From an uncultured cyanobacterium (GTDB lineage Bacteria; Cyanobacteriota; Cyanobacteriia; Pseudanabaenales; Pseudanabaenaceae), in NCBI GenBank assembly GCA_963703315.1, contig OY969811.1, positions 4,288,001 to 4,352,000 of the forward strand: DNA of 64,000 nt, given 5' to 3'. Positions 1-8,776 of the stretch are shown here, one piece after another. Numbering within the stretch: position 1 is the first letter of the stretch; the number at the start of each line of letters is the position of its first letter. A model generated the notes under the pieces. That model made no database searches, was not told the DNA's origin, and saw only the letters and a list, made by a program, of their open reading frames with translations. The position numbers and the translations under genes are program-made.

Positions 1-130
1 GCAGCGACTTCTCTAAAACACCCTCAACCCAAGCAGTCCTAACGTTATTCAGCAGCGCTTTACGATTGCGATACTCGTGCTTCGTTGGAGGAGGAAACTT
101 TACCCGCTCCTCCCATTCGGGCGGCTGGAG
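1..130 (-). CDS. Partial N-terminal region of a probable NACHT/STAND NTPase, continuing in frame after the UGA of the 131..553 ORF and running off the window edge
   Basis: Manual translation of 130->1 gives LQPPEWEERVKFPPPTKHEYRNRKALLNNVRTAWVEGVLEKSL, open with no ATG/GTG/TTG. EYRNRxALLxxVxxxWVxGVLEKSL resembles the segment preceding the P-loop in cyanobacterial NACHT proteins. The NTPase domain itself is outside the window. Confidence 0.6.
87..122 (-). promoter_or_regulatory. Predicted H-type RNA pseudoknot 8 nt downstream of the UGA stop (candidate recoding stimulator)
   Basis: On the minus strand GCCCG (122-118) pairs with CGGGU (106-102), and GGAGGAG (113-107) pairs with CUCCUCC (93-87); the stems are interleaved. 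Confidence 0.45.
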
Positions 131-553
131 TCAGTTAAATGTAACAGGAGCGTTAAAGACTGGATTCTGAAAATTATTTTTTATTTCGTCGGCTAATTTG
201 CTGTAGTTCTGAATTATAGTGGGTTGCCCATTAACAGTCTGTACAGTTGTTTGAATTTTCTGTAATAACTCATGATCAGCTTTCACCACCGCCTCAACTG
301 CCAAAATTGCCTGAGAAACTTCATTATCAGTCTTAGCCACAGATTCTAACTCTGACACCGCCAGTTTAAAATCCGCCGATGGTTCAGCTTGAGCGATCGC
401 CTCAGTCTTAGCCAGTGGCTTTTTCTTCAGCAAATTTACTAAATTACCGACTTGATGACTAACCGCCTCACCGAGCTTGTCCCCAGTCTTTTCAAATGCT
501 TTTTTTAGAATTAACGTCCCAACGGCGATCGCGGCTGTAGTCAGTGGCTCCAT
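131..553 (-). CDS. Small helical protein, NLR-associated effector-like (Bell/HeLo-like), with an N/Q/F-rich C-terminal motif
   Basis: 140 aa. Hydrophobic N-terminal helix MEPLTTAAIAVGTLILKKAFEKTG, helical body, C-terminal KNNFQNPVFNAPVTFN resembling amyloid-signalling tails. GAGAGG RBS-like sequence upstream. Confidence 0.6.
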   Translation of the reverse strand: MEPLTTAAIAVGTLILKKAFEKTGDKLGEAVSHQVGNLVNLLKKKPLAKTEAIAQAEPSADFKLAVSELESVAKTDNEVSQAILAVEAVVKADHELLQKIQTTVQTVNGQPTIIQNYSKLADEIKNNFQNPVFNAPVTFN

Positions 554-705
554 AAAAACCTCTCAATATTTGGTGTTAACGCCTTACTACAAAAATTTTA
601 CCTTGAAATCTTGAAATCATTCTGAGCGATCGCCATTTACTTTTACAGAGATTAAAGAGGCGATCACCCATCAGAGAAATGTGGAATTGAATATGTCTAT
701 CAAGT

Positions 706-1026
706 TCATTCTTCAACAATTGTAACTTGACCTTTACTGGCGGAATCTAGAGCCGCTAAAAGTTTTGATACTAAAGGCTTGAGCGCCGCCAAGCTATTTG
801 ATGGTGCTTGCAAAACCACTACAGCAATATCGAATTGTGGCAAATTCTGTTGAAAAGATAAATTGCGATCAACCGTCACAAAAACATCAAACTCTTCTAC
901 TGCAAGAGCTAAAAGCTTTCCGTTTTTGACTCCTGCCCATCCCATCTGCGGAACTGTTTTTACTTCATAGCCAATAATTTCTCTAGCAAATCGGCGATCG
1001 ATACATTCATCTAAAAGAATCCTCAT
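706..1026 (-). CDS. DUF5615 PIN-like (VapC45-type) toxin
   Basis: MRILLDEC...GW.G.KNG.LL..A...FDVFVTVDRNL..QQNL motif; start trimmed to the ATG at 1026; directly downstream of DUF433. Confidence 0.85.
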   Translation of the reverse strand: MRILLDECIDRRFAREIIGYEVKTVPQMGWAGVKNGKLLALAVEEFDVFVTVDRNLSFQQNLPQFDIAVVVLQAPSNSLAALKPLVSKLLAALDSASKGQVTIVEE

Positions 1027-1027
1027 A

Positions 1028-1246
1028 TTATGCCGCCACACTCAACAAGCTTCTTCCTAACTCTTCTAAAAAGTAAATTACCTGTTCCTTAGTCACAGTT
1101 GGAAAACCATCTAAAAAATCATCAATGGATTCTCCATCCTTGAGATAATCCAAAAGCGTCTGCACGGGAACTCTAGTATTCGCAAATACAGTTGTACCAC
1201 CCATAACATCGGGAGATCTGCTAATAAACTTTGAGTCTCTAAACAT
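1028..1246 (-). CDS. DUF433 family antitoxin
   Basis: ISRSPDVMGGTTVFANTRVPVQTLLDYLKDGESIDDFLDGFPTV is a typical DUF433 sequence; start trimmed to the ATG at 1246. Confidence 0.9.
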   Translation of the reverse strand: MFRDSKFISRSPDVMGGTTVFANTRVPVQTLLDYLKDGESIDDFLDGFPTVTKEQVIYFLEELGRSLLSVAA

Positions 1247-1319
1247 AAATTTGTGATATTTAGATATATTTAATATTTTAGCAACTATTGCTCTAGCGAT
1301 CGCCATCATCAAAAAACAA

Positions 1320-1643
1320 CTAAGCGACTTTAGATAAATCCTTTATTTGAATCTTGATAGAAGCACTTTCTAAACTGCTAAAAGTAAACTCAGTCCTAAA
1401 TCCCAGCTTATCCAACATCGAAAACAGCATATCCAAAGTAAACTTATCAATTTTTCCATTCACAATGTCCGACACACGCGGCTGAGTAACCGCCAACCTT
1501 TCAGCCGCCTCTTTCTGTGTCCAACCTCTATTCTCAATTATGTCTCGAATCATAATCGTCAAGTCAGCCTTCAAAACCGACTTACTAGCGACTTCAGGCT
1601 CCTCGATCGCCTGAAACGGACTTTCGTAAAACTTGATTGCCAT
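1320..1643 (-). CDS. XRE/HTH_37 (HigA2-like) antitoxin or regulator, no adjacent toxin
   Basis: KADLTIMIRDIIENRGWTQKEAAERLAVTQPRVSDIVNGKIDKFTLDML; start trimmed to the ATG at 1643. Confidence 0.85.
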   Translation of the reverse strand: MAIKFYESPFQAIEEPEVASKSVLKADLTIMIRDIIENRGWTQKEAAERLAVTQPRVSDIVNGKIDKFTLDMLFSMLDKLGFRTEFTFSSLESASIKIQIKDLSKVA

Positions 1644-1658
1644 AAATACTAAGCGTTT

Positions 1659-1694
1659 TGTCAAATTATACAAAATTTTATATAATTAGTCAAA
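1659..1694. promoter_or_regulatory. Imperfect inverted repeat, probable autoregulatory operator of the HigA-like gene
   Basis: ttgtcaAATTATAcAAAA/TTTTaTATAATTagtcaa immediately upstream of the start codon. Confidence 0.5.
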
Positions 1695-1777
1695 TAAACA
1701 AAAAGATTTGGAGTACTAAATTTAAGCGATCGCCACATCCATAAACCTATCAACAAACAGCGATCAGCTTTTTAATA

Positions 1778-2173
1778 CTAAGAAACACCTAAAAACTTCC
1801 TAAGTGCATTTTTATATACTTTTGGTAAACGTTTTGAAACTATCCCACCTTGCTGTATTTGCGACAGAATAGTAGGAGAAAAACGGCACTTTGGCATACG
1901 GCTACCCACACAAATTACTCTAGCTAATTGCTCACTATCCATCTCACGAGCATCCAGATAATTTATCACCGACTCACGCTTCACAAAATTAGGCACACCT
2001 TCTGTATTGGGTTGAAGAATACAACTAAGATCAGACTTGGCTCTGCGCGTAGTCACATTCACAAATAAATACTTATCGGGAGCAGTTTCCGCGATCGCAA
2101 TATAAAGGTGTTGATCATTCGGAGGTGTCTCCAACAAAAAAGCATCACCCAAATTCACGTTGATGCTTGTCAT
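1778..2173 (-). CDS. Putative toxin partner of the Panacea antitoxin (PemK/MazF-like fold suspected)
   Basis: Start overlaps the stop of the DUF4065 gene. GDAFLL...HLYIAI...LFVNVTT...SVINY pattern resembles MazF-like barrels. Confidence 0.5.
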   Translation of the reverse strand: MTSINVNLGDAFLLETPPNDQHLYIAIAETAPDKYLFVNVTTRRAKSDLSCILQPNTEGVPNFVKRESVINYLDAREMDSEQLARVICVGSRMPKCRFSPTILSQIQQGGIVSKRLPKVYKNALRKFLGVS

Positions 2174-2733
2174 TACGCACTCAGAACCTTATCTAAATAA
2201 GCCTCTCTAGCCGCCTCTTGTCTTATTGCCGCAATCTCCTCAGTAGTCTTGCCCATAAACCTCAACACATCATCAACCACAATCGGAATACGCGAACCAT
2301 CAGGATCTTTCCATTCAGGTAGATCGTGCGTCCATTCAGCAACGTCAAAGGGATTAAGATGTCCAAAAGTTCGATAAACCTCTTGAATGATTTCCTCTTC
2401 TTCTTCACAAAGATGATCAGTGCTAGGATCTCTTAATAGATAGATATTGTGGTTAACATCACGGATAGAAATAAACTTTTTCCAAAGTGGTAAAGCACCA
2501 TCAACAGACTTCCCCTTAATCAGATCATACACACCACTGAGAACAGGACCATAATCCATTGAGAAATAACAATCGCCAGTAATTGTTTGTTCTATACGTT
2601 CTAAAGCTATGCGATCGGCTATATAAAGCATCTTCAGCAAACCTAGATATTTCATAGGCTTACCGTGTAACTTTAAAAACATTGCTGCGGCTTCAACAGC
2701 TTTTTGAGGATGAAACCGAAATAAAATCGCCAT
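2173..2733 (-). CDS. Panacea (DUF4065/GepA/SocA-like) antitoxin
   Basis: LLKMLYIADR...ITGD.Y.SMDYGPV...VYDLIK...WTHDLPEW motif; start trimmed to the ATG at 2733. Confidence 0.85.
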   Translation of the reverse strand: MAILFRFHPQKAVEAAAMFLKLHGKPMKYLGLLKMLYIADRIALERIEQTITGDCYFSMDYGPVLSGVYDLIKGKSVDGALPLWKKFISIRDVNHNIYLLRDPSTDHLCEEEEEIIQEVYRTFGHLNPFDVAEWTHDLPEWKDPDGSRIPIVVDDVLRFMGKTTEEIAAIRQEAAREAYLDKVLSA

Positions 2734-2896
2734 AACTGGTTTCCTACTCTCAAGGCTCTCAATACTATTATAAAACTTTAACCTTGATAACGATCGCTTT
2801 GAGCATTGCATCGCAGGAGCGCGATCGCTTAAATTTGTCTAGATATCACCATTACTGTTAATCTCTAGTGCAGACGATGATTAACAGGTTTTTTCT

Positions 2897-5488
2897 ATGC
2901 TCTCCAAAGTCCGTTTGCCCTCGTGGGTGACATCTCCGACCTTTATTTTGGGCTTGTTGTGGTTGTTAACCGCGATCGCGGATCGGTTGTGGTTTTCCCT
3001 CGATAATGCCCCACCCGCATGGGATCAAGGTGAGCATCTGAATAAAGCCCTCAATTTCTGGCGGGTATTACAATCACCAGAGCGATTTTCGACTAACTGG
3101 TGGACAGACTTTTGGCAACAGGCTCCCACCTATCGCGCTCCTTTAACTTATCTATTTACGGTTCCGATTTTGCAGTGGATAGGACAAACCTATGATGCGG
3201 CTACCTCTGTCAATCTAATTTTCACAGCGATTTTATTAGCTTCGGTCTATCACTTAGGTAAACATTTATTTTCAGCAACGGTGGGACTTTGGGCGGCTGT
3301 TTTTTGCGCGATCGCCCCATTTCTAGTATTTCAGCGTACAGATTATTTATTGGACTATCCCCTTGCCGCGATCGCTACCTTTAGCTATCTGTGTATGAGC
3401 AAGTGGCGCGATGCTAGAGGTTGGCGGCAGTGGACTTGGGCGATCGCTTCAGGGATTGGGGTTGGAGCTTGTTTTTTAACTCGCGGCACAGGCATTATTT
3501 TTATCTTTCTCCCCTGCCTATGGATAGTGGCGGGGACATTATGGCGCAGACAGTGGATAAGACTGATCCAGTTAGTTTTTCTATTTGTCGCTGCATGGTT
3601 CGTGATTGGCGGCTGGTTTACGACTAACTGGCTAACGATCATTAGTTCGACCTTGCAGACCAATGCCCTTGGCAACACCTTCTATAAGGCTCCTCAGGCT
3701 AATACCCTCGCGGGATGGTTGTTTTACGCGCAAATGTTGCCTGATATGTTTTCACCATTTTTGCTGTTTTCTAGTCTAGGCTGTTGGCTATTATTTAGCG
3801 GTCGCTGGGTTTGGCGAAAGTTAGCGATCACACCTCAGTTAGTGAAGGTAACAACAGAAGAAGCAGAGACATCTCTAGAGGATGCTCCTCAAGATTCCAA
3901 GATTTCAAAAGCTTCAAAAACTGGCTATTCCCCAACTAAATCTAATGCAAGAACTTGGCGCTGGTTAGCCCTATTTACATTAGGAACCTACATTCTCATT
4001 TCTTTGGGAACGCACAAACTTAATCGATTTATTCTGCCTTACTTACCTTCAATGGCGATCGTCCTAGCCTATGGTTTCTCCTTGGGTAAAGGATTATGGT
4101 GGAACGGATTCCGTTATCTCGCAGTATCCCTTGCGGCTCTATCAGTTTTTGTGCATCAGTTCCCTGTCTCCGCAGGTATGGGCGTAATTGGTGATCGCCA
4201 TTTTCCTGATTTAGGGGCAATCTATCCCCATGTAGAACTGATTAATACGATTACCCAAAAGCAACCCTATTTACGTTCTAATTTGGGAGTTCTCACCAAT
4301 ACCGCCCAACTTAATCCGATGACTTTTGATTTTTTTGGCGCAAGTACGGGCTTTCAAGTCTACGGTAGACAAGTTGGCATGAATCCCAAGTATGCAGATC
4401 AAGATGGGCGATCGCTGACTTGGTATATCACTAAAACTGGCGATCAGGGTGACTACACTAATCTAGAAGCAGGACAGGTCGCCCTAAAACAAAAACTGGA
4501 AAGCAGTTCTGATCTTCCAATCGCCCAACAGTGGAAGCTTCCCGATGGTAGTGACTTACGACTCCATCAGCGCGAGCCTTTGCCGCTTACAGTAACGCCT
4601 GTTCAGGGTGCTGCAAAAAGCGATCGCATCCAACTAATATCGGTAAATGTGCCAACGCAAGCCCCAAGTGGTCAGCCTGTTCCCGTCACCTATACATGGC
4701 AGGGCAATTGGGAAAATCTCAAAAATGCGATCGTGGTGCTGACATGGCAACAGCAGAATGGTAAAGCCTATTGGATTCATGATCATGCGATCGCCTTTGG
4801 CAATCTCTATCAAACGCCTACGAGTAATGGAAATACCAATAGTGGAGAATTTCGGGTTACAGAAGTTACGGCTATGTTGCCCCCCGCCACTTTACCGAAT
4901 GATACCTACGTTCTCAAAGCCACAGTTCTAGATCGGAAAACAGGATCTTCTTCATCTTTAAATATTCCTTCTGTGCAAATGCAATTAGCGCCCGTTTTAC
5001 CTCAACCTGCGCCAGAGTTAGATCTACAAACACAGTTAAGTCAGCTTACAACTCTCTTACCTGCTGGCAAACTTGATCCCATCTTTGTGGAACTCGCCAC
5101 AATTAATCAATACGATCCCACTCAAGATTATGTCTTACAAGCAGAAAAGAGTCTGAACTATCGTGTGCAGCAAGCAGATCCTAACGATCCTAATACGATT
5201 CCCCTGCTTTATAATTTGGCTTTCACTTATATTCTGCAAAAACAACCGCAACCCGCGATCGCTACCTTTGAGAAGCTGACCACCCTTGATGCTAAAAACC
5301 CATATTCTTGGACATATTTAGGATTCGTACATTTATATAACTGGCAAGGCGCACAGGCTCAAGCTGCCTTTGACAAAGCGGCTCAAATTGCACCACAATT
5401 ACCTGAATTGCGAACCCTAAATATTGTTGCTGCCGTCATGCAATTTAACATTCCTAAAGCATTGCAATTGCTAAATGCCCCAAAATGA
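2897..5488 (+). CDS. GT-C fold membrane glycosyltransferase (GT39/PMT-like) with C-terminal TPRs
   Basis: Multiple TM segments, PPAWDQGEHL luminal motif, YLLDYPL, C-terminal TPR helices. Confidence 0.8.
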   Translation: MLSKVRLPSWVTSPTFILGLLWLLTAIADRLWFSLDNAPPAWDQGEHLNKALNFWRVLQSPERFSTNWWTDFWQQAPTYRAPLTYLFTVPILQWIGQTYDAATSVNLIFTAILLASVYHLGKHLFSATVGLWAAVFCAIAPFLVFQRTDYLLDYPLAAIATFSYLCMSKWRDARGWRQWTWAIASGIGVGACFLTRGTGIIFIFLPCLWIVAGTLWRRQWIRLIQLVFLFVAAWFVIGGWFTTNWLTIISSTLQTNALGNTFYKAPQANTLAGWLFYAQMLPDMFSPFLLFSSLGCWLLFSGRWVWRKLAITPQLVKVTTEEAETSLEDAPQDSKISKASKTGYSPTKSNARTWRWLALFTLGTYILISLGTHKLNRFILPYLPSMAIVLAYGFSLGKGLWWNGFRYLAVSLAALSVFVHQFPVSAGMGVIGDRHFPDLGAIYPHVELINTITQKQPYLRSNLGVLTNTAQLNPMTFDFFGASTGFQVYGRQVGMNPKYADQDGRSLTWYITKTGDQGDYTNLEAGQVALKQKLESSSDLPIAQQWKLPDGSDLRLHQREPLPLTVTPVQGAAKSDRIQLISVNVPTQAPSGQPVPVTYTWQGNWENLKNAIVVLTWQQQNGKAYWIHDHAIAFGNLYQTPTSNGNTNSGEFRVTEVTAMLPPATLPNDTYVLKATVLDRKTGSSSSLNIPSVQMQLAPVLPQPAPELDLQTQLSQLTTLLPAGKLDPIFVELATINQYDPTQDYVLQAEKSLNYRVQQADPNDPNTIPLLYNLAFTYILQKQPQPAIATFEKLTTLDAKNPYSWTYLGFVHLYNWQGAQAQAAFDKAAQIAPQLPELRTLNIVAAVMQFNIPKALQLLNAPK

Positions 5489-5518
5489 TAATTTAACGCG
5501 CAGTCAAATAAGGAACCA

Positions 5519-5557
5519 GATTTTCAGTGGCGCGGCTTCGCCGCGCCACTGAAAATC
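5519..5557. repeat. Perfect palindrome, 18-bp arms, GC core, 3-nt loop
   Basis: gattttcagtggcgcggc-ttc-gccgcgccactgaaaatc. Confidence 0.9.
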
Positions 5558-5620
5558 GGTTTTTTATCAAATCGCACAACCCTTATCACTCAACAAATAC
5601 ATTCAAATAGAAAATAACTT

Positions 5621-6565
5621 ATGCTTCCCAAATACTCCTTCATTGTGCCAATTTACAATGAAGAAGAAGTAATTCCAGAGCTTTATGCTCGGATTACAGC
5701 GATTATCGATCAGCTAGATAGTTCCTCTGAACTAATTTTTATTAACGATGGTAGTCGCGATCGCTCTTTGTCAATGCTGAGAGAACTTCAGTCAAAAGAT
5801 CAACGGATTTGTTACTTGAGTTTGGCTCGCAACTTTGGGCATCAGATCGCTGTTACCGCAGGATTAGCTTTTGCTAGAGGACAGGTGTGCATCGTTCTGG
5901 ATGCCGATTTGCAAGATCCTCCTGAATTAATCCCCGACATGATCAAACTGTGGGAACAAGGCTATCAAGTCGTTTATGCTCAAAGACTACAGCGCCATCA
6001 AGAGAGTTTATTCAAACGCTTGACGGCTCATATTTTCTATCGCATTCTTAAAAGTCTTGCCGATGTAGATATTCCCACCGATACGGGTGATTTTTGCCTG
6101 ATGGATCGACAGGTTGTGGATGTTCTCAATAAAATGCCAGAGCGCAATCGCTATATTCGTGGTTTGCGATCGTGGGTAGGATTTAAACAAACTGCGATTC
6201 CCTTTGACCGTGACCCACGCTTTGCAGGAAAAGTAAAATATACATTTCGTAAATCTTTTTCCTTAGCTCTGAATGGTTTAGTTTCCTTTTCCAAATCACC
6301 CTTGCGCTTATCCACCTATTTAGGATTGATTGCGGCTTTAGTCGCCATATTTATGGCGCTACTCGTAATTTATTGGCGGATTCAAGAACCCAAATCTCCT
6401 GTAACTGGCTATACGATTATTGCTAGTGCCATCTTTTTCTTGGGGGCAGTGCAGTTATTCTGTATCGGCATTTTGGGCGAATATATTGGCAGGATCTATG
6501 ATGAGGTGAAATGCCAACCTCTATATACACTGGCGGAAGTTAGTGGTTTTGATCAAAGTGAGTGA
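5621..6565 (+). CDS. GT2 polyprenol-phosphate glycosyltransferase (GtrB/DPM1-like)
   Basis: [39 protein letters not shown] and two C-terminal TM helices; probably supplies the lipid-sugar donor for the upstream GT-C. Confidence 0.9.
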   Translation: MLPKYSFIVPIYNEEEVIPELYARITAIIDQLDSSSELIFINDGSRDRSLSMLRELQSKDQRICYLSLARNFGHQIAVTAGLAFARGQVCIVLDADLQDPPELIPDMIKLWEQGYQVVYAQRLQRHQESLFKRLTAHIFYRILKSLADVDIPTDTGDFCLMDRQVVDVLNKMPERNRYIRGLRSWVGFKQTAIPFDRDPRFAGKVKYTFRKSFSLALNGLVSFSKSPLRLSTYLGLIAALVAIFMALLVIYWRIQEPKSPVTGYTIIASAIFFLGAVQLFCIGILGEYIGRIYDEVKCQPLYTLAEVSGFDQSE

Positions 6566-6708
6566 TATCGCAATCCAAAATGGTGGAAAGGGTACCCGCA
6601 GGATTCGCTTTCCACAACTCTAGTTAAGTAAGCGGCGATCGCGATCGCGCCAAAATTTGTAGAATAAGTCAAACTAGCTAGTTATAAACTTCGGTTGAGG
6701 TCAACTCT

Positions 6709-7479
6709 ATGGTTCTGCAAGCCCCACCTATCAAAACCGAACCAATCATTACTTGGGAACCCTTACCCACCGACTTTGTTTTACCCGATGATCCTGTGGA
6801 AAATATTCAACAACCCATTCTTGCGGCGGCGCTTACCGATGCCTTAGGAGCCGCAGGTCTCATTCGTCCTGAAATGCTGATTGTCTCTAACTTTGGACTA
6901 GTTGCCACAGTCAACTATAAAACCATCGTCAAAGCTCCTGATTGGCTATACGTCTCTAAAGTCGATCCCATCTCCAAAAATATTGTCCGCCGTAGCTATA
7001 CCCCCAACTTCGAGGGAGAGCCTGTTGGCATCGTCATGGAATTTCTCTCCGACACAGAATGCGGTGAACTCTCAGTGCGATCCACCCCACCCTACGGCAA
7101 GCTCTATTTCTACGAGCGTATCCTTCAAGTCCCGACCTATGTGACCTATGACACCTCCGCCTCCAGCCTAGAAGTACGTCGTCTCCAAAATGGTCGTTAT
7201 GTGATCCAAGAAGCCAATGCTCAAGGACAGGTATGGATTCCAGAACTAGAGTTGTTTTTGGGCGTGTGGACTGGTGAAAGGCTGAGCCAAACAATGAATT
7301 GGCTGCGTTGGTGGGACAAATCAGGTAATTTATTGACTTGGAGTTCAGAGCAAGCAAAGCAGGAACGTCAACGGGCTGAGCAAGAACGTCAGCGTGCTGA
7401 GCAAGAACGTCAACGCGCCGAAGCCTTAGCTGCGAAATTACGTGAACTAGGTGTCGCTCCTGACCAGCTTGGGGCGTGA
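6709..7479 (+). CDS. Uma2 (DUF820) family endonuclease-like protein
   Basis: KAPDW.YV, IVMEFLS, GKLYFYERILQVPTY, WLRWWD and a C-terminal EQERQRA coiled-coil repeat. Confidence 0.9.
   Translation: MVLQAPPIKTEPIITWEPLPTDFVLPDDPVENIQQPILAAALTDALGAAGLIRPEMLIVSNFGLVATVNYKTIVKAPDWLYVSKVDPISKNIVRRSYTPNFEGEPVGIVMEFLSDTECGELSVRSTPPYGKLYFYERILQVPTYVTYDTSASSLEVRRLQNGRYVIQEANAQGQVWIPELELFLGVWTGERLSQTMNWLRWWDKSGNLLTWSSEQAKQERQRAEQERQRAEQERQRAEALAAKLRELGVAPDQLGA
7359..7421 (+). repeat. Three tandem 21-nt coding repeats (QERQRAE)
   Basis: caggaacgtcaacgggctgag / caagaacgtcagcgtgctgag / caagaacgtcaacgcgccgaa. Confidence 0.85.
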
Positions 7480-7489
7480 CCAAAAGAAT

Positions 7490-8776
7490 ATGGCGATTAA
7501 AATTCTGCATCTTTCCGATATTCATCTTGGTAGTACGACTCATGGCAAGGTTAATCCTCAAACAGGACTAAATACGCGCCTAGAAGACTTTGTGGCAGCT
7601 TTGACTATCTGTATCGATCGCGCCATTAAGGAACCTGCCGACTTAGTTCTCTTTGGTGGCGATGCCTTTCCTGATGCCACGCCGCCACCCTTAGTCCAGC
7701 AAGCCTTTGCGAAGCAATTCCGTCGCCTTGCCGATGCAGGAATTCCCACCGTGCTATTGGTGGGCAATCATGACCAACATTCACAGGGCGTGGGTGGCGC
7801 GAGTCTTGCCATTTATCGTAGCCTCGCTGTGCCGAATTTCACGGTGGGCGACACGATCGCTACTCACCGCATTGCTACAGAGGCGGGAGAGATTCAGATT
7901 ATTACTTTGCCTTGGATTACGCGATCGACTTTGCTCACCAAGACTGAGACGGAAGGATTTTCGATGACGGAGGTGAGTCAATTTTTAATCGATCGCTTGC
8001 AAGTAGTTCTCGAAGGTGAAATCCGACAACTTGATCCCCAGTTACCGACAATTCTGCTAGCTCATGTGATGGTGGATACGGCAACCTATGGAGCAGAGAG
8101 GTTTTTAGCCGCAGGTAAAGGTTTCACAATTCCCTTATCAATGTTGACCCGCGAAGCCTTTGACTATGTGGCGCTTGGTCATGTCCATCGTCATCAAATT
8201 CTGGCAACGCAGCCGCTTGTGGTTTACCCCGGAAGCATTGAGCGTGTAGATTTTGGGGAAGAGAATGAAGCAAAGGGTTATTGCTGGTTAGAAGTTGAGA
8301 AGGGGAATGTGAAGTTTGAGTTTTGTGCAATTCCTACTCGTGCTTTTCGGACAATGGAAGTGGATGTCACCCAGTCAGAAGATCCGCAAGGGAAGTTACT
8401 CAAGGCAATCCAAAAGGGAAAAATCGATCAGGCGATCGCCCGCTTAATCTACAAAATCAAAGCTGAGCAGTTGGCTTTAATTGACGATCGCCTCCTCCAT
8501 GAAGCAATGGTAAGCGCTCATAACTATGCCCTAATTCCCGAAGTCGTGAGCCAAAATCTACGGACTCGCTTACCCGATCTCAGCACTGCTGAAGCCCTCG
8601 ATCCGATGACTGCGCTGAGAACCTATCTCAGTACCCGCGAAGATCTAAAAAATCTCGAACCTGAAATGCTCAATGCTGCCCAAGAATTACTTAGTGAAAT
8701 TGGATTGGGCATGGATAGCCTCGATCTCGCACCAGAATCAACTCAAGCTAGTCAGTTGCTGATAAGTTTTGAGTAG
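7490..8776 (+). CDS. sbcD: Exonuclease SbcCD subunit D
   Basis: Metallophosphoesterase motifs LHLSDIHLG, GGDAF, VGNHD, ALGHVH and YPGSIERVDFGE; start trimmed to the ATG at 7490. Confidence 0.9.
   Translation: MAIKILHLSDIHLGSTTHGKVNPQTGLNTRLEDFVAALTICIDRAIKEPADLVLFGGDAFPDATPPPLVQQAFAKQFRRLADAGIPTVLLVGNHDQHSQGVGGASLAIYRSLAVPNFTVGDTIATHRIATEAGEIQIITLPWITRSTLLTKTETEGFSMTEVSQFLIDRLQVVLEGEIRQLDPQLPTILLAHVMVDTATYGAERFLAAGKGFTIPLSMLTREAFDYVALGHVHRHQILATQPLVVYPGSIERVDFGEENEAKGYCWLEVEKGNVKFEFCAIPTRAFRTMEVDVTQSEDPQGKLLKAIQKGKIDQAIARLIYKIKAEQLALIDDRLLHEAMVSAHNYALIPEVVSQNLRTRLPDLSTAEALDPMTALRTYLSTREDLKNLEPEMLNAAQELLSEIGLGMDSLDLAPESTQASQLLISFE

Noticed and set aside
131..133. UGA as a selenocysteine codon
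   Set aside because: The position is a linker rather than a redox motif, the downstream structure does not look like a simple SECIS hairpin, and no sel machinery is visible here. selO at 44822 is an AMPylase and is not evidence. Not formally excluded.
7034..7561. 175-aa antisense ORF
   Set aside because: Shadow of the Uma2 gene and its EQERQRA repeats; no independent features.
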